Shown here: one piece after another, positions 26,899 through 37,441 of the stretch | How the letters are laid out: the number at the start of each line of letters is the position of its first letter | How positions within the stretch are numbered: position 1 is the first letter of the stretch | From: Candidatus Bathyarchaeota archaeon | GTDB lineage: Archaea; Thermoproteota; Bathyarchaeia; Bathyarchaeales; SOJC01 | DNA: 64,000 nucleotides | Reading direction: 5' to 3' | Assembly (NCBI GenBank): GCA_023131225.1 | Contig: JAGLZW010000007.1 | Location: 24,289 to 88,288, forward strand | The notes under the pieces: model-generated | The model's input: only the letters and a program-made list of their open reading frames with translations | Told to the model about the DNA's origin: nothing | The model's database searches: none | Position numbers and translations under genes: made by a program

Positions 26899-27585
26899 TC
26901 ACTGATTCAGCAGCATGTCTATTTCATTTGATAACGTTGAAAAATCCGTCAACCCTAAGTACACACTATGGGGAGATATAAAGCCTTCCTTATCAACAAT
27001 CACGACTGTAGGTGCAGCAGTTATGCTATACTTTTCTGACACACCTGAAGTATCTCTGGTAAGAACCCAGCTTATCTCATAGTTTAACAGGCTATACTGG
27101 TTTGGTCCTGTTTTGAATTCTCTAAGACGATCGACAGTATCAAAATTTGGATCAATGCTTATTGAGATTATTACGACGTCATCACCACTATAGGTCTTTT
27201 GAATCCTCTCTAACTCTAAAAGTTCGTCGTCGCAGTATGAGCATCTAATATAAAAAAAATCCAGCACCACAACTTTCCCTATGAAGGCTTCAAGAGAAAC
27301 GGTGTTCCCATCTATGTCCGTCAACGCGAAAAGCGGAGCCTTTTCCTTACTAATAGTAGAGTTGTTAGTTGATGCTGACTGCGTATGTTGCCATGCGCTG
27401 TAAATCCCTATGATCAACAAAAACATGAATGCTATGCCCAAGATCTTCCCCTTTGGCCAACCTTTACTCTTTTTCAGCCGTCTTTCTCTTCTCAAACGCT
27501 CGGCTTCTAATGATCTACGATTCTTTGCAGCTAGTCGACGTCTTTTTTCCTTTAAACTTTCCTTCTCTTTCTTCTTTGTTGTCAT
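26899..27585 (-). CDS. Membrane-anchored TlpA/redoxin-like thiol-disulfide oxidoreductase
   Basis: Basic N-terminus, one TM helix, thioredoxin fold with the CxxC motif CSYC. Confidence 0.7.
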   Translation of the reverse strand: MTTKKKEKESLKEKRRRLAAKNRRSLEAERLRRERRLKKSKGWPKGKILGIAFMFLLIIGIYSAWQHTQSASTNNSTISKEKAPLFALTDIDGNTVSLEAFIGKVVVLDFFYIRCSYCDDELLELERIQKTYSGDDVVIISISIDPNFDTVDRLREFKTGPNQYSLLNYEISWVLTRDTSGVSEKYSITAAPTVVIVDKEGFISPHSVYLGLTDFSTLSNEIDMLLNQ

Positions 27586-27823
27586 TTTTACGGCTTCAAT
27601 TCACCATAGAGATGGCGTTTTTAAAAAGGGTTACTCAATTTTCTTGTTTAATGTTTATTCTTATTATATTCAAGCTTGTACGAGTCTATCTTCATTTTGT
27701 AGTCTCCAATGAGAAACTAATCCACATTTACCTTTATGAAAATCCATGCCCGTTGCTGTTTGCATTGCATGCGCTCATGTCGTGCTCAGCAAGTAGGTGT
27801 CCTAGATAGAAAAAAGGCGTGGT

Positions 27824-29128
27824 TTATGGAGCTTCTTTAACTTTCCATATACGCACATGCATGTAGTTCCAGTAGGGGTCAATTGCGCCTCTGTACAGGG
27901 TTAATGCGTCAACTGTACAATCTGTAATAACCAAACCAAGCTCAAAGTCTTCTATCAATCCAAACGCGTCAGTTCTCACTACTATGAAATCTCCGTCGCC
28001 ATAGGGGGCTGAATACCCCGCTAATACGTATCCTCCATCCATTGTCTGAACCAGTGATTGTGCACAAGGATGATTGGCACTCTCATATGTTCGTGCCCAC
28101 TGCATCCACCCGGTTGCATTTGCCTTGACCAAGAAAAATCTAAATCCTTCATCAAAGGACCATGCACTACCCGCTAATGCATAGCCATCATCTTCGGTTT
28201 GAACCATGGAATACGCTGTTGAGGCCTCATCTGCACCTAAGTATAACGAATGCCATTCATAGCCTCCGGTCACGTTTGTTTTGCACAGCAAGGCAGTAGA
28301 CGAGGTACTCGTAAAGCCCGTTGAACCTGCTATTGCGTATCCCTCATCACTAGTCTGAACTACGCATGTTGCTATGCCACACCAAAACGCGTAATCGAAT
28401 GTTTGGTTCCACTGCATGTTTCCATCAGCATCTGTCTTTACCAGCCACCAAGAAGGATACCAAGCACCAGCTCCAGCCCACACTGTTGTCTCGCCTGCTA
28501 TTGCATATCCTCCATCGCTCGTCTGAACCAAAGACTTCGCGGTATCACCATCTGGTCCGCCATAGGTTTTGTTCCACTTCATGTTTCCATCAGCATTTGT
28601 TCTTATTAGCCAGAAGTCGTTGTTTCCAGCGCCGAAAGAGGAAGTGATACCTGCTATTGCGTATCCTCCATTGCTTGTCTGAACCACGGAGTACGCTTCT
28701 TCACGTTGAGGCCCTGTGAACCATCGGATCCATCCTAATGCCTGAGCACTGCCCGTTCCACCATAGTGTTTTCGGTGGGATTCGTCGTCTAAGGTTGTTT
28801 TTCCCCAGACTTGCACAACTAGGTTCGTGCTATTCAAGTCGTGGGTTACGTTGAAGTGTTGCCCAGCCTTGTCAGTGATGTCAAACCATCCGCTATCATA
28901 TGCTAAAGCAGCTTTGGCGTCAAATGATTCTCCTAAAGCACCGTACATACTGGCTATCCACACAATGTCAAAGATGTCAATATCTCCATCATCATCAAAG
29001 TCACACCAAGGATCATAATCACCTACTCCAGCAATTGAGACGCTCGTTGTTGTCCTTATTAAGAACATAGAAGATAGAAGCACAGTCGCTAGAAAGATCT
29101 CTACCAATGTTGAATGCGCTATTTTCAT
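27824..29128 (-). CDS. Secreted protein: N-terminal dockerin-like Ca loop plus five ~50-aa repeats
   Basis: Signal helix, then DFDDDGDIDIFDIVWIASMYG, then five units built on (A)xS(L/V)VQT.DGGY(A/V)(I/L)AG ... F(W)L(V/I)(K/R)T(D/N)A.G...W. Confidence 0.65.
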   Translation of the reverse strand: MKIAHSTLVEIFLATVLLSSMFLIRTTTSVSIAGVGDYDPWCDFDDDGDIDIFDIVWIASMYGALGESFDAKAALAYDSGWFDITDKAGQHFNVTHDLNSTNLVVQVWGKTTLDDESHRKHYGGTGSAQALGWIRWFTGPQREEAYSVVQTSNGGYAIAGITSSFGAGNNDFWLIRTNADGNMKWNKTYGGPDGDTAKSLVQTSDGGYAIAGETTVWAGAGAWYPSWWLVKTDADGNMQWNQTFDYAFWCGIATCVVQTSDEGYAIAGSTGFTSTSSTALLCKTNVTGGYEWHSLYLGADEASTAYSMVQTEDDGYALAGSAWSFDEGFRFFLVKANATGWMQWARTYESANHPCAQSLVQTMDGGYVLAGYSAPYGDGDFIVVRTDAFGLIEDFELGLVITDCTVDALTLYRGAIDPYWNYMHVRIWKVKEAP

Positions 29129-29251
29129 AATCTATATTACCTCCTATTCTCTTCCTTTCTCTTTGTTACAACAATCTTAAAAGATCAATAAAAACCCTAA
29201 TAGAATAAACTTCCATTGCATACGTGCTGGAGTATTCTTTAAAATTGACTC

Positions 29252-30247
29252 TCAGAATCGATATAGATTTCCAACGCTATTCCACACGAAAGCCTCAGGT
29301 AACGCCTCTGCAATAGCAAGTATTCCTCTCCAACCAGTGCAATGCGACGGCACCACTATTGAAGGCTTTAGTTGTTTCAGCTCTTCAACCGTAGGATCAA
29401 TCCTTGATTCGCATTCTTTCCCAGCTAGATGAAAGCCACCCATGACCGCATAAATCTTGGTCGCTCCCGTAATTTGCTGCGCGTAAAGCACAGTATTGAT
29501 TATTCCCGCGTGAGCGCATCCAGATATTACAACTAAACCCTTATGTTTAACATTCAGCACGACTGCTCGATCGTCTCTTACCCATGGATCGGGGTGCCAT
29601 TTGCCATCAATCAAAACTCGTTGTCTGGGAAAGCCTTTTTCAAAGCTGGTTGTGCGGGGGATTTCACCTGTAATAAGAATTGTGTCGCCAGCGAGAAGAT
29701 AGGGTTGACTGGTCTTAACATATTCAGCAGGTTTCACTTGCTCAGCGCTGGGAAATTCCGGGTGTTTTCTTACGGTTCCGTTGGAATAAGCCGTACCTCT
29801 TATTTTGAACATATCTTCATGTATGATGATTGGTACAGCTTTTCCAATAACTCGTGAGACGGCTATTAACCCGCCACAGTGGTCATAATGTCCATGGGAT
29901 AAAACAATAGAACCTACTTCACTGAAATTCAAACCCATTCGCTTTGCATTAGTTACAACTCCTTCAGGACTAAGTCCGGCGTCAAATAAAACGCTGTATA
30001 AGCCTTCATCATTGTGAACACGAATCAGCATCGATAAACCGTGTTCAGCCAAAGGAAGACGGAAATGCTTTGCAACCCATTTTTCGCCTTTACGTTCTTT
30101 TACCCACCTCTGAACCTGTTGAACCTCTTCCTTGTGAACTGTTGATATAAAATCTAGTGAATTATCCATTAGACTTATTATCTCTGTTCTTTGAGTCTCT
30201 TTAAGCTCAACATCTTGATTGGTCAATTTTTCGATGCCTCTAGTCAT
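29252..30247 (-). CDS. MBL-fold metallo-hydrolase
   Basis: HxHxDH motif HGHYDHCGG and a downstream His (SGCAHAG). Confidence 0.8.
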   Translation of the reverse strand: MTRGIEKLTNQDVELKETQRTEIISLMDNSLDFISTVHKEEVQQVQRWVKERKGEKWVAKHFRLPLAEHGLSMLIRVHNDEGLYSVLFDAGLSPEGVVTNAKRMGLNFSEVGSIVLSHGHYDHCGGLIAVSRVIGKAVPIIIHEDMFKIRGTAYSNGTVRKHPEFPSAEQVKPAEYVKTSQPYLLAGDTILITGEIPRTTSFEKGFPRQRVLIDGKWHPDPWVRDDRAVVLNVKHKGLVVISGCAHAGIINTVLYAQQITGATKIYAVMGGFHLAGKECESRIDPTVEELKQLKPSIVVPSHCTGWRGILAIAEALPEAFVWNSVGNLYRF

Positions 30248-30264
30248 ATCTTGGGATTATGTGT

Positions 30265-31095
30265 TTAAGAGTTGTTTGTTCTGCAAAGCTTCAGTATCTG
30301 CCTTTTTGCCTTCTCAGGGTCATCGCTGACTTCAACTTCTAGACCTTGGTCTCTTAGGGCTTCTAGAAGTTCTATAAGAGGTGAGGGTTCAAGGCCTGCT
30401 TTTCTGAGCACTTCGGGTTTTTGGAACAGTTCCAGTGGTGTTCCTCGAAATATGATGGCGCCATCAGCGATTACATAAACAATGTCGGCGATGCGTGGTA
30501 TTACGTTGACTTCGTGGGTTGTTATAGCTATGGCCATACCACGTTCTTTATTTAGTCTGTTAAGGAGCTCTATCGTTTCTATCTGCGATTTCCGATCAAG
30601 TCCAGTCAAAGCTTCATCTAATATCAGAAGCTTAGGATGAGTTACAACCGCCCCAGCTATAGCCACTTTCTTCTTCTCTCCACCACTTAGATAGTGTGGT
30701 ACTCGATTTGCAAGATGCTGAATATTGATTTCTCGGATTACCTCGTCAACCATGATTTTCACATCATCTGCACTGTGGCCATAATTCAATGGAGAAAAGG
30801 CAATGTCATCCCACACGGTAGGGCCAATTATTTGTTCATCTACGTTTTGAAATACCATTGCTACTTTGCCATGAAGAGATTTCGTTGGAGGTTCTCCAAA
30901 AACTTCAACTTCTCCTTCTGTTGGTTTAAGTATTCCTAAAATATGTAGAAGCATAGTTGTTTTCCCAGAACCGTTTGCTCCTAGGATTGCAACTTTTTCA
31001 CTCTCATGGATGACAAATGATAAACCGCAAATAGCAACTTCTGTGGAATCAGCATACCTATGCCTAATGCAATTCACTTTGACGATTTCTTTCAC
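30265..31095 (-). CDS. cbiO: ECF/cobalt-type ABC transporter ATPase
   Basis: GTG start overlaps the cbiQ stop (ATGTGA). Walker A GANGSGKTT, signature LSGGEKKKV, Walker B LLILDEA. Confidence 0.85.
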   Translation of the reverse strand: MKEIVKVNCIRHRYADSTEVAICGLSFVIHESEKVAILGANGSGKTTMLLHILGILKPTEGEVEVFGEPPTKSLHGKVAMVFQNVDEQIIGPTVWDDIAFSPLNYGHSADDVKIMVDEVIREINIQHLANRVPHYLSGGEKKKVAIAGAVVTHPKLLILDEALTGLDRKSQIETIELLNRLNKERGMAIAITTHEVNVIPRIADIVYVIADGAIIFRGTPLELFQKPEVLRKAGLEPSPLIELLEALRDQGLEVEVSDDPEKAKRQILKLCRTNNS

Positions 31096-31838
31096 ATGTA
31101 AATCCCCCAAGCCTTGAAAAACATGGGAACAGCTACAGTTGCAAAAATGCAAAGTACAAATACAACGGGCAGCAAATCTTGTTTGCTGAATTTTTTCCAC
31201 AGCTTTCCATGATACGATATTCTTCCGCTGTACCCTCGCGTTTTCATAGCTGCATACATGTTTTCACTTGTCTCAAATGATGTAACGAAAAGCATGCCTA
31301 TGAATTTCGCAAGGTTAGCGATTTTTGTTTTCCAGCTACCTATCAGTCCTCCCCGAGCTTTCATTATCGTAAATCTTTTTGCGGTTTGGTCCATGAATAA
31401 AAAGAAAAAACGATAGGTAAGGAATGCTGTATTCCCGAGAGTCTTGGAAGGAATGCTTAAGATAGAGAACAATTCTGGATAGGGTGTAGTGCTGATTAAG
31501 AAAAGCATGATTAGAGCAGCGTTTATGGCTTTGAACAAGGTTACTACGGGAAGGACAAGTGAGTAAGGTAGTTGGCTCAATGCAAATAGAGAGGCAAAGA
31601 AAGCTGGGTATAACGCCCAATTGATTAGTCTATGTATGGGTAATTTTGCTATTGCGATGAACATTAAAATTACGAAAAATCCAGTTATTAATGATAAAGC
31701 CGAGTCGGCAAATATGGTTATGCCCAGCGCTAACATGGCACTTACGAGTTTGCTCAATGTTGAAGCTTTATGCATAGGGCTGCTCAAGTTATTAGCATAG
31801 TGATCTATGAGATATATTGTGGCGCTTATGCGCATCAC
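31092..31838 (-). CDS. cbiQ: ECF transporter transmembrane T component
   Basis: Multi-TM protein between cbiM and cbiO; conserved ARG motif region MKARGG. Confidence 0.75.
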   Translation of the reverse strand: MMRISATIYLIDHYANNLSSPMHKASTLSKLVSAMLALGITIFADSALSLITGFFVILMFIAIAKLPIHRLINWALYPAFFASLFALSQLPYSLVLPVVTLFKAINAALIMLFLISTTPYPELFSILSIPSKTLGNTAFLTYRFFFLFMDQTAKRFTIMKARGGLIGSWKTKIANLAKFIGMLFVTSFETSENMYAAMKTRGYSGRISYHGKLWKKFSKQDLLPVVFVLCIFATVAVPMFFKAWGIYM

Positions 31839-32497
31839 CCCGGAATGAGAGTTGGTTTCACTTTCTTTATATATACTAGTATAAGCGACGTTACTGCAGC
31901 TTCTATAACAGCGCCAACTATGGCAATGGGAATCATGAGTGCCGCAAAGATAACTATTGACATTTGAGCTTCTTCAGTATCATGAGCGGCATGATGAATT
32001 GCTTCTGCTGGATTGATTCCCGAAGCAGCAACTATACCTATGACAAGAATCGTAGAAAGCGCTAATGCAATGAATGTGGATACTCCACCAGACATCGTAA
32101 CTCGCCAGCTTTTTCGCACAAATGCTTTTTGCAGTACTGCAAACATGTAGAAACCTATTAGGGACTCAAACCACGTGACTATCGTGTTAAGACCGACTAT
32201 TGTTATCCCTCCATGACCAAAAGTAGCCAACATCAAATTTGTGATAAAGTTAGAAATGAGTGCCCACCATGGTCCAAGGATTATCCCTGCCAAAACAGTA
32301 AGGTTAATGTGATATGGAACTCCGAGAGGAATAGACATTGCTACAAGCATTATGGCCGCCATAGCTGCTGCGTAAATTCCACGCTTTTCTTCTCCACGCA
32401 CTTTTTTGATGGCTACAGATAGAAGAATGATCACAGCGATGTATCCTAGAACCCATAGCCAGAAAGGGAGAACACCGTCTGGAACATGTATATGCAT
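31835..32497 (-). CDS. cbiM: ECF transporter substrate-capture component CbiM/NikM type
   Basis: N-terminus MHIHVPDGVL (metal-ligand N-terminus of the CbiM family); about six TM helices; 4-nt overlap with cbiQ. Confidence 0.8.
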   Translation of the reverse strand: MHIHVPDGVLPFWLWVLGYIAVIILLSVAIKKVRGEEKRGIYAAAMAAIMLVAMSIPLGVPYHINLTVLAGIILGPWWALISNFITNLMLATFGHGGITIVGLNTIVTWFESLIGFYMFAVLQKAFVRKSWRVTMSGGVSTFIALALSTILVIGIVAASGINPAEAIHHAAHDTEEAQMSIVIFAALMIPIAIVGAVIEAAVTSLILVYIKKVKPTLIPG

Positions 32498-32640
32498 TCT
32501 CTCACCTAATCCTCTAATTAAAGATTTTAAGAATAAATTTTGTCCTGTTGCAAACGTAGGCCAAAGCCTGTCTAAAACGTGGAATTTTTCGCAAGGTTTT
32601 TCAGAGTCTTTCGCTTGTCAGTTGAGAAAGGTAGAGTCCT

Positions 32641-33840
32641 TTGGCAAAAACATTCCAGCGAACGAGGAGTCTACTTCAACAAGCTTTCCCGTTCCACACC
32701 TTAGACAGAAACCTAAAAATTTTATTTTTCTCAAACATCTTCGCCGCATTCGGCGACGGGCTCACCATCTACCTTCTTCCCTTATTCATAAGAAACTTGG
32801 GTGCAACACCTGAGAACGTTGGTTTTCTGTACTCCATCTTGACAATAGCATCTGCATTAACAATAATTCCTGGAGGTTATCTGGCAGATAAATACGATCG
32901 AAAGAAGATTTTAGTACTAGCTTGGGCAATATGGGTGCCCGTACCGCTCTTATTTGCGTTTGCAACAAATTGGACACAACTTCCCCCAGCAATGTTTCTC
33001 TATGGAATCTTATTCTCAGGACCAGCTTCAAGCGCTTACATTGTAGGACGTGCGCAGAAAAGCAAGATGGCATCAACATTCACACTGCTTGTTTCAGCCT
33101 GGGGTATAGGTTACACGTTTGCACCCGCGGTAGCGGGTTATTTGGCTGAGACAGCTGGGATGCAGATGGTTTTCTTTCTCTCAACCATATTTTACTTCAT
33201 CACTATGGTTGCAACTTCACGAATTAGCAGCCAACTTCCAAGAAAGACCGAGTCTACTGTTGAGATTGGAATAACCACCTCTGGCACAGTAACTTTCAAT
33301 CGTTGGAGAATATTCTTTCTTTCTGCACTCTTTGCAGCTGTAATATTCTTTCTTTCTCTCGTATTTCCCTTGGTGCCACAGTTTCTAGAAGACGTGTACA
33401 AATACAATGCTGTTCAGATCGGAATTTTAGGTTCATTTACTTACTTTGGAGGGTCCACCTTGTCGCTACTTGTGGGAAAAATCGGTGACAAATATGGAAA
33501 GACAGCATCGATTTCTCTTTCGATGATTTTTGTAGCCTTTGCGTTAAGCATCTTCATTTCAGTGAACAACTTCGCTACCCTTATGATTGCTATGTTTCTA
33601 CGTGGCGCATCTTTTCCCATGTGGGCTTTCATTGGTGCTACCGTGGGGGCTATCGCTCCGCCTGACTCGCGAGCTAGATGGATTTCAGTTGTTCAGACAA
33701 CGACTCAGGTTGTGAGTATCTCAGCGCCTTATGTAGGTGGCATATTATATACTAGCTCGCCGCAAACGCCTTTTTTAATAACTATTGCAGCCTCTCTACT
33801 GCTCGCTTTCTTAGCCCAGATTAAACCATTCAAAGAATAA
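32641..33840 (+). CDS. MFS transporter
   Basis: About 12 hydrophobic helices and the loop motif GYLADKYDRKK (MFS motif A); TTG start. Confidence 0.8.
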   Translation: MAKTFQRTRSLLQQAFPFHTLDRNLKILFFSNIFAAFGDGLTIYLLPLFIRNLGATPENVGFLYSILTIASALTIIPGGYLADKYDRKKILVLAWAIWVPVPLLFAFATNWTQLPPAMFLYGILFSGPASSAYIVGRAQKSKMASTFTLLVSAWGIGYTFAPAVAGYLAETAGMQMVFFLSTIFYFITMVATSRISSQLPRKTESTVEIGITTSGTVTFNRWRIFFLSALFAAVIFFLSLVFPLVPQFLEDVYKYNAVQIGILGSFTYFGGSTLSLLVGKIGDKYGKTASISLSMIFVAFALSIFISVNNFATLMIAMFLRGASFPMWAFIGATVGAIAPPDSRARWISVVQTTTQVVSISAPYVGGILYTSSPQTPFLITIAASLLLAFLAQIKPFKE

Positions 33841-33917
33841 TGTCTTGCTACGCAGTGTACACTATAGAGAAAAGAGGAAACTCAAACTATCTGTGAAAAT
33901 CAAGTTTACATGTGAAA

Positions 33918-34448
33918 TCACTGAGCTGTCGCTGTCGAGAACGCCTTAGATATCTTTTGCAGCTCCCTAGTGACCGATGATAGGAATCTAATCCTATCTT
34001 CGATTCTTTGCCTGTAAGCATCCGAGAGTTGCTTGAACTTCGGCATCACATCTTTGATAACACTGATCATAAGATCACGATTCGCCTCTTCACTCAAGTC
34101 CTTTAATTCCATTTTCCCATCCCCATGTAAAATTATGAGATGGCCAGTGGGATCTATGTTTGCCTGAACCACATTCCCCATTCCTTCCGGAAGCGCTGTT
34201 GGGGAAATCGACATCGTTGCTGCGAGTGGTTGCATAAGTTTTGACAATGATTCGAAGAATACCGCTACGAGCCTTTTCTCTTCAGAAGTTAATTCGCAGA
34301 TTTGACCAATATCATCTTGTACACTTTTTAATGAATCAAGGAGTTCCTGAAGGGATATTTGAACCTGCTTAGTCTTCTTCTGTTCTTCTTGGAACGGTAA
34401 TTGTGCTATTTCTTGTGGTGGACTACCTTCTTGACTCATAAGGAGCAT
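33918..34448 (-). CDS. Acidic coiled-coil protein, unknown function (paralog of 38824-39477)
   Basis: Collinear with the 217-aa protein: EEKRL / EEKKL, I.P, G.L.I, D...L.D, V.P(K/E), YR..I..R...L....EL....KA.S. Confidence 0.55.
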   Translation of the reverse strand: MLLMSQEGSPPQEIAQLPFQEEQKKTKQVQISLQELLDSLKSVQDDIGQICELTSEEKRLVAVFFESLSKLMQPLAATMSISPTALPEGMGNVVQANIDPTGHLIILHGDGKMELKDLSEEANRDLMISVIKDVMPKFKQLSDAYRQRIEDRIRFLSSVTRELQKISKAFSTATAQ

Positions 34449-34773
34449 TTCCTTACTTAGCTTCTCACGGGTAGATTGCTAAAAGCCCTTGTATGTTGCG
34501 TCTATTTACATACACTAATTATTTAAGAGATCTCAAACTGAACGCGTTTAAGGTATGTTGTTCAAAGTTTGAGATAAGAATAGCGTATCGCAAGTCGTAG
34601 TACGTAATATTTATATCCCTTCCGCCATCTCTCTATACCATTGAGGCGAAGCTGTTTTGGGTTATGGACACCAAGGTCTAAGAAAGGCAGAGGAAACTAG
34701 CCGAATTCAAAGAGTTACTTCTATTCGACGGGACAACTACAAAATAACAGTGTCCATAAACAGAGAACGCTCC

Positions 34774-35682
34774 ATGTCCCAGTCTCCCCTTTACCACAAA
34801 TATGAAATCCAAAAATATGACCTTCATCCCAACTATAGCTTTGCTCATCTTGCTGACATGATTCCTAAGAACACTCCTGAATACATTGACAGTGGACAAC
34901 GCTACGTGGAACGCATCGTCCGTGCACTCTACTACTTCAAACAATGCTCTCTCATAGGACCATCGGGAACTGGAAAAACTCACATCGTTTATCTAGTGGC
35001 AGAACTCTGCGGATTGCCAGTTTGGGAAGTCAACTGCGGCCTTCAAACATCTTCATATGACTTAATTGGGCGCTTTATTGGCCTTGGAAAAGAGAACTGG
35101 ATCGACGGGATGGTTACTAGATGGCTAAGAGCGGGGGGAATAATGTACCTCGACGAGGCCAACATGATGAAGCAAGATGTTGCTACACGGCTTAATCCAG
35201 TTCTTGACACTCGAGGTCATCTTGTGCTGAACGAGAAAGACAACGAAGTTGTGGACAGACACAAATATGGATACTTAATCATCAGCATGAACCCTTATTC
35301 AGCAGAGTTTGCAGGAACCAAACCGTTGAACGCGGCTATGAGAAGACGCTTGGCTGTATGGATAAACTTCGGCTATACAAGCGTTGGCGACAAAATTTCA
35401 CCTCTCGAAGTAAATATGCTTCTGAAACGCTCTAAAATTAGCGAAGATATGGCTTATAAAATCGTTCAAGTTGGCGCCGAGTTACGTAGACAATACAAGG
35501 CAGGAGACGTCCCTTACGGACCATCTCTAGGTGATCTGATAAACTGGGCTACTCTCATTTACGACGGCAACACTCCTAATGTAGCTGCTGAAGAAACCAT
35601 AATTGCATTGACCAGTGATAATACTGAAGTGCAAGACGATATTAGAAGAGTCATCGAATCAGTTTTTCCTAAACCAAAATGA
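34774..35682 (+). CDS. MoxR/CbbQ-NorQ-like AAA+ ATPase
   Basis: Start trimmed to MSQSPLY. Walker A GPSGTGKTH, Walker B IMYLDEANM, sensor region ISMNP, arginine finger region AAMRRRL. Confidence 0.8.
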   Translation: MSQSPLYHKYEIQKYDLHPNYSFAHLADMIPKNTPEYIDSGQRYVERIVRALYYFKQCSLIGPSGTGKTHIVYLVAELCGLPVWEVNCGLQTSSYDLIGRFIGLGKENWIDGMVTRWLRAGGIMYLDEANMMKQDVATRLNPVLDTRGHLVLNEKDNEVVDRHKYGYLIISMNPYSAEFAGTKPLNAAMRRRLAVWINFGYTSVGDKISPLEVNMLLKRSKISEDMAYKIVQVGAELRRQYKAGDVPYGPSLGDLINWATLIYDGNTPNVAAEETIIALTSDNTEVQDDIRRVIESVFPKPK

Positions 35683-35715
35683 TTTAGAATCATATCCCAA
35701 CATGCGGTAATCTAC

Positions 35716-37434
35716 ATGGGATTCCTCGATTATGCCTGGGACGTCTCCCTTCAAAAAGATAACAAGAAAACAAGAATCAACTTAGACTCAAAACTTCAGC
35801 AACCAACTCTCACTTGGGATGACGCTGGCTTCAACATAGCTTTGCCCGCACCTTCCATATCAAAAGATGGACACATATCTTTCTTAGGATACGAATTTCA
35901 AGAAAACTCTGGAAAAGTCAAAGTTGGAAGATTATTCAGAGCCTGTGTTTCCCATTTGACTGTCCATACTTTACTGCCAATTGACGATGAAAATGCAGTT
36001 GCATCAACATCAAAACGCACACTCGTCGAATCTTTCTCCGAAACTCTAGTCCATGATGCTTACGTCAAAGCCTATATTTCAGCTAGGCATCAAGACAAGC
36101 TCGTCGACTTGGCTTTCGCAAATTCTTTTGCCTTTACAAAAATGAAGTCTGCTGAAAGAATCTTCAATTCAGCCACTCGAATAATGGCGGCTTTGCTGTC
36201 AAAGATTAACATAGGCGTTGTAAAAGGGATGCTTCGTCCAGAAGAAGAAGACACAGTCAACCATATACTTACCCGACTGAGTTCGCTCGAAGAAAAAATT
36301 GCTGTATCGTTGGCTGGAAAAGAAGCTAAAATCAGCGAAGCTTTTAACGAAACTGCAAATGACATAACCCAGATTCTCGAATCCCATGGACCTATCTTGG
36401 AAGCTCCTTCCCTACCACATACTGAACAAATTGGCCCATGCACTGTGTTCTCTCAACACGAGATACCATATGAGATTAAAATTGAACAAATCTTCAAGAA
36501 ATCTCTGGAAACTTTAGGAGGAATACATCTGTCCAAAGGACCAATTGAGTCATACTGGAAAAAAGAAACAAACGCAGAGGCTCTGCAAGCTTTCGACTCG
36601 TGGGTGCATCAAAAAACTCGAGAACAGAAAATACTGGCGAGAATCGAGAAATACATACTGGGGACAAGATTCAAATCTGCCAGTTTTCCAAATGAAGATT
36701 ATACTAAATATCTGAGGGCTAGAATTCTTCTTAAGGGGGGGAGTCGACGACTCTTGGACAGTCTTAGAGTTGCCATGGATGCTCTAGACGAAGACCCTAG
36801 AAAAGAACATGGACAATTAGACCTCACTGAAGTTATCCAAAAGATTGCAAGCAGGAGTCCGAGGACAGACGTTTTCATGAAGAATGAATATTTGAGCAGA
36901 AGTTTTGCTTGGGGAATTCTCTATGACGCAAGTGCAAGCATGAAAATTAAGGGTGAACTTGGTCGAGCACTGGCAATATGCGTTGCGGAAGCTACAAAAG
37001 AACTCCTGATGGACCCAAATTCCTGGTCTTTCTTTGCCTTCAGCGATCGTTTCTACATATTAAAGGATTCTTCAGAGGCGTATTCTCGCAGAGTACGCGC
37101 AAGAATCGGGGGACTAAAATTCAGTGGCTTAACGTACATGCCTGATGCTATTCAAGTTGCAGGAGAAATCCTTGCGCATAGATTTGACGAGCAAAGATTC
37201 TTGATAGTTTTCTCTGATGGATGGCCATACGGTTATCCGAACATATCAAGTGTACTGTCAAAAAGCATCAGCTCACTAGAGAAGAAAGGCGTAATAGTAA
37301 TCGGAGTTGGCTTGGAAAGCGAAAGAATGAAGAACTTCTTCAAAATAAGTAGCGCTGTCTACAGCCAAAAAGACCTCATAAAGAAATTCTCAAAAATTTA
37401 CATGAAAGCCTCAGCAGCTGCACTCGAAACCTAG
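35716..37434 (+). CDS. VWA-domain protein (NorD/CobT-like partner of the AAA+ ATPase)
   Basis: C-terminal VWA domain with MIDAS DASAS (DxSxS) and FSDGWPYG; long helical N-terminal region. Confidence 0.75.
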   Translation: MGFLDYAWDVSLQKDNKKTRINLDSKLQQPTLTWDDAGFNIALPAPSISKDGHISFLGYEFQENSGKVKVGRLFRACVSHLTVHTLLPIDDENAVASTSKRTLVESFSETLVHDAYVKAYISARHQDKLVDLAFANSFAFTKMKSAERIFNSATRIMAALLSKINIGVVKGMLRPEEEDTVNHILTRLSSLEEKIAVSLAGKEAKISEAFNETANDITQILESHGPILEAPSLPHTEQIGPCTVFSQHEIPYEIKIEQIFKKSLETLGGIHLSKGPIESYWKKETNAEALQAFDSWVHQKTREQKILARIEKYILGTRFKSASFPNEDYTKYLRARILLKGGSRRLLDSLRVAMDALDEDPRKEHGQLDLTEVIQKIASRSPRTDVFMKNEYLSRSFAWGILYDASASMKIKGELGRALAICVAEATKELLMDPNSWSFFAFSDRFYILKDSSEAYSRRVRARIGGLKFSGLTYMPDAIQVAGEILAHRFDEQRFLIVFSDGWPYGYPNISSVLSKSISSLEKKGVIVIGVGLESERMKNFFKISSAVYSQKDLIKKFSKIYMKASAAALET

Positions 37435-37441
37435 AAGAAAT

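Noticed and set aside
30265-31200. 109-nt overlap between cbiQ and the long form of the cbiO ORF
   Set aside because: The first 35 codons of the listed ORF (Cys-rich MEKIQQTRFAARCICTLHFCNCSC...) are an artefact. A GTG at 31095 overlapping the cbiQ stop (ATGTGA) gives a normal ABC ATPase N-terminus.
34530-34575. Perfect 10-bp inverted repeat ATCTCAAACT / AGTTTGAGAT with a 26-nt spacer, in the divergent promoter region between 33918-34448 and the MoxR gene
   Set aside because: By a rough estimate, a few 10-bp inverted repeats with a spacer under 50 nt are expected by chance in 64 kb. There is no second copy to support a regulatory role.
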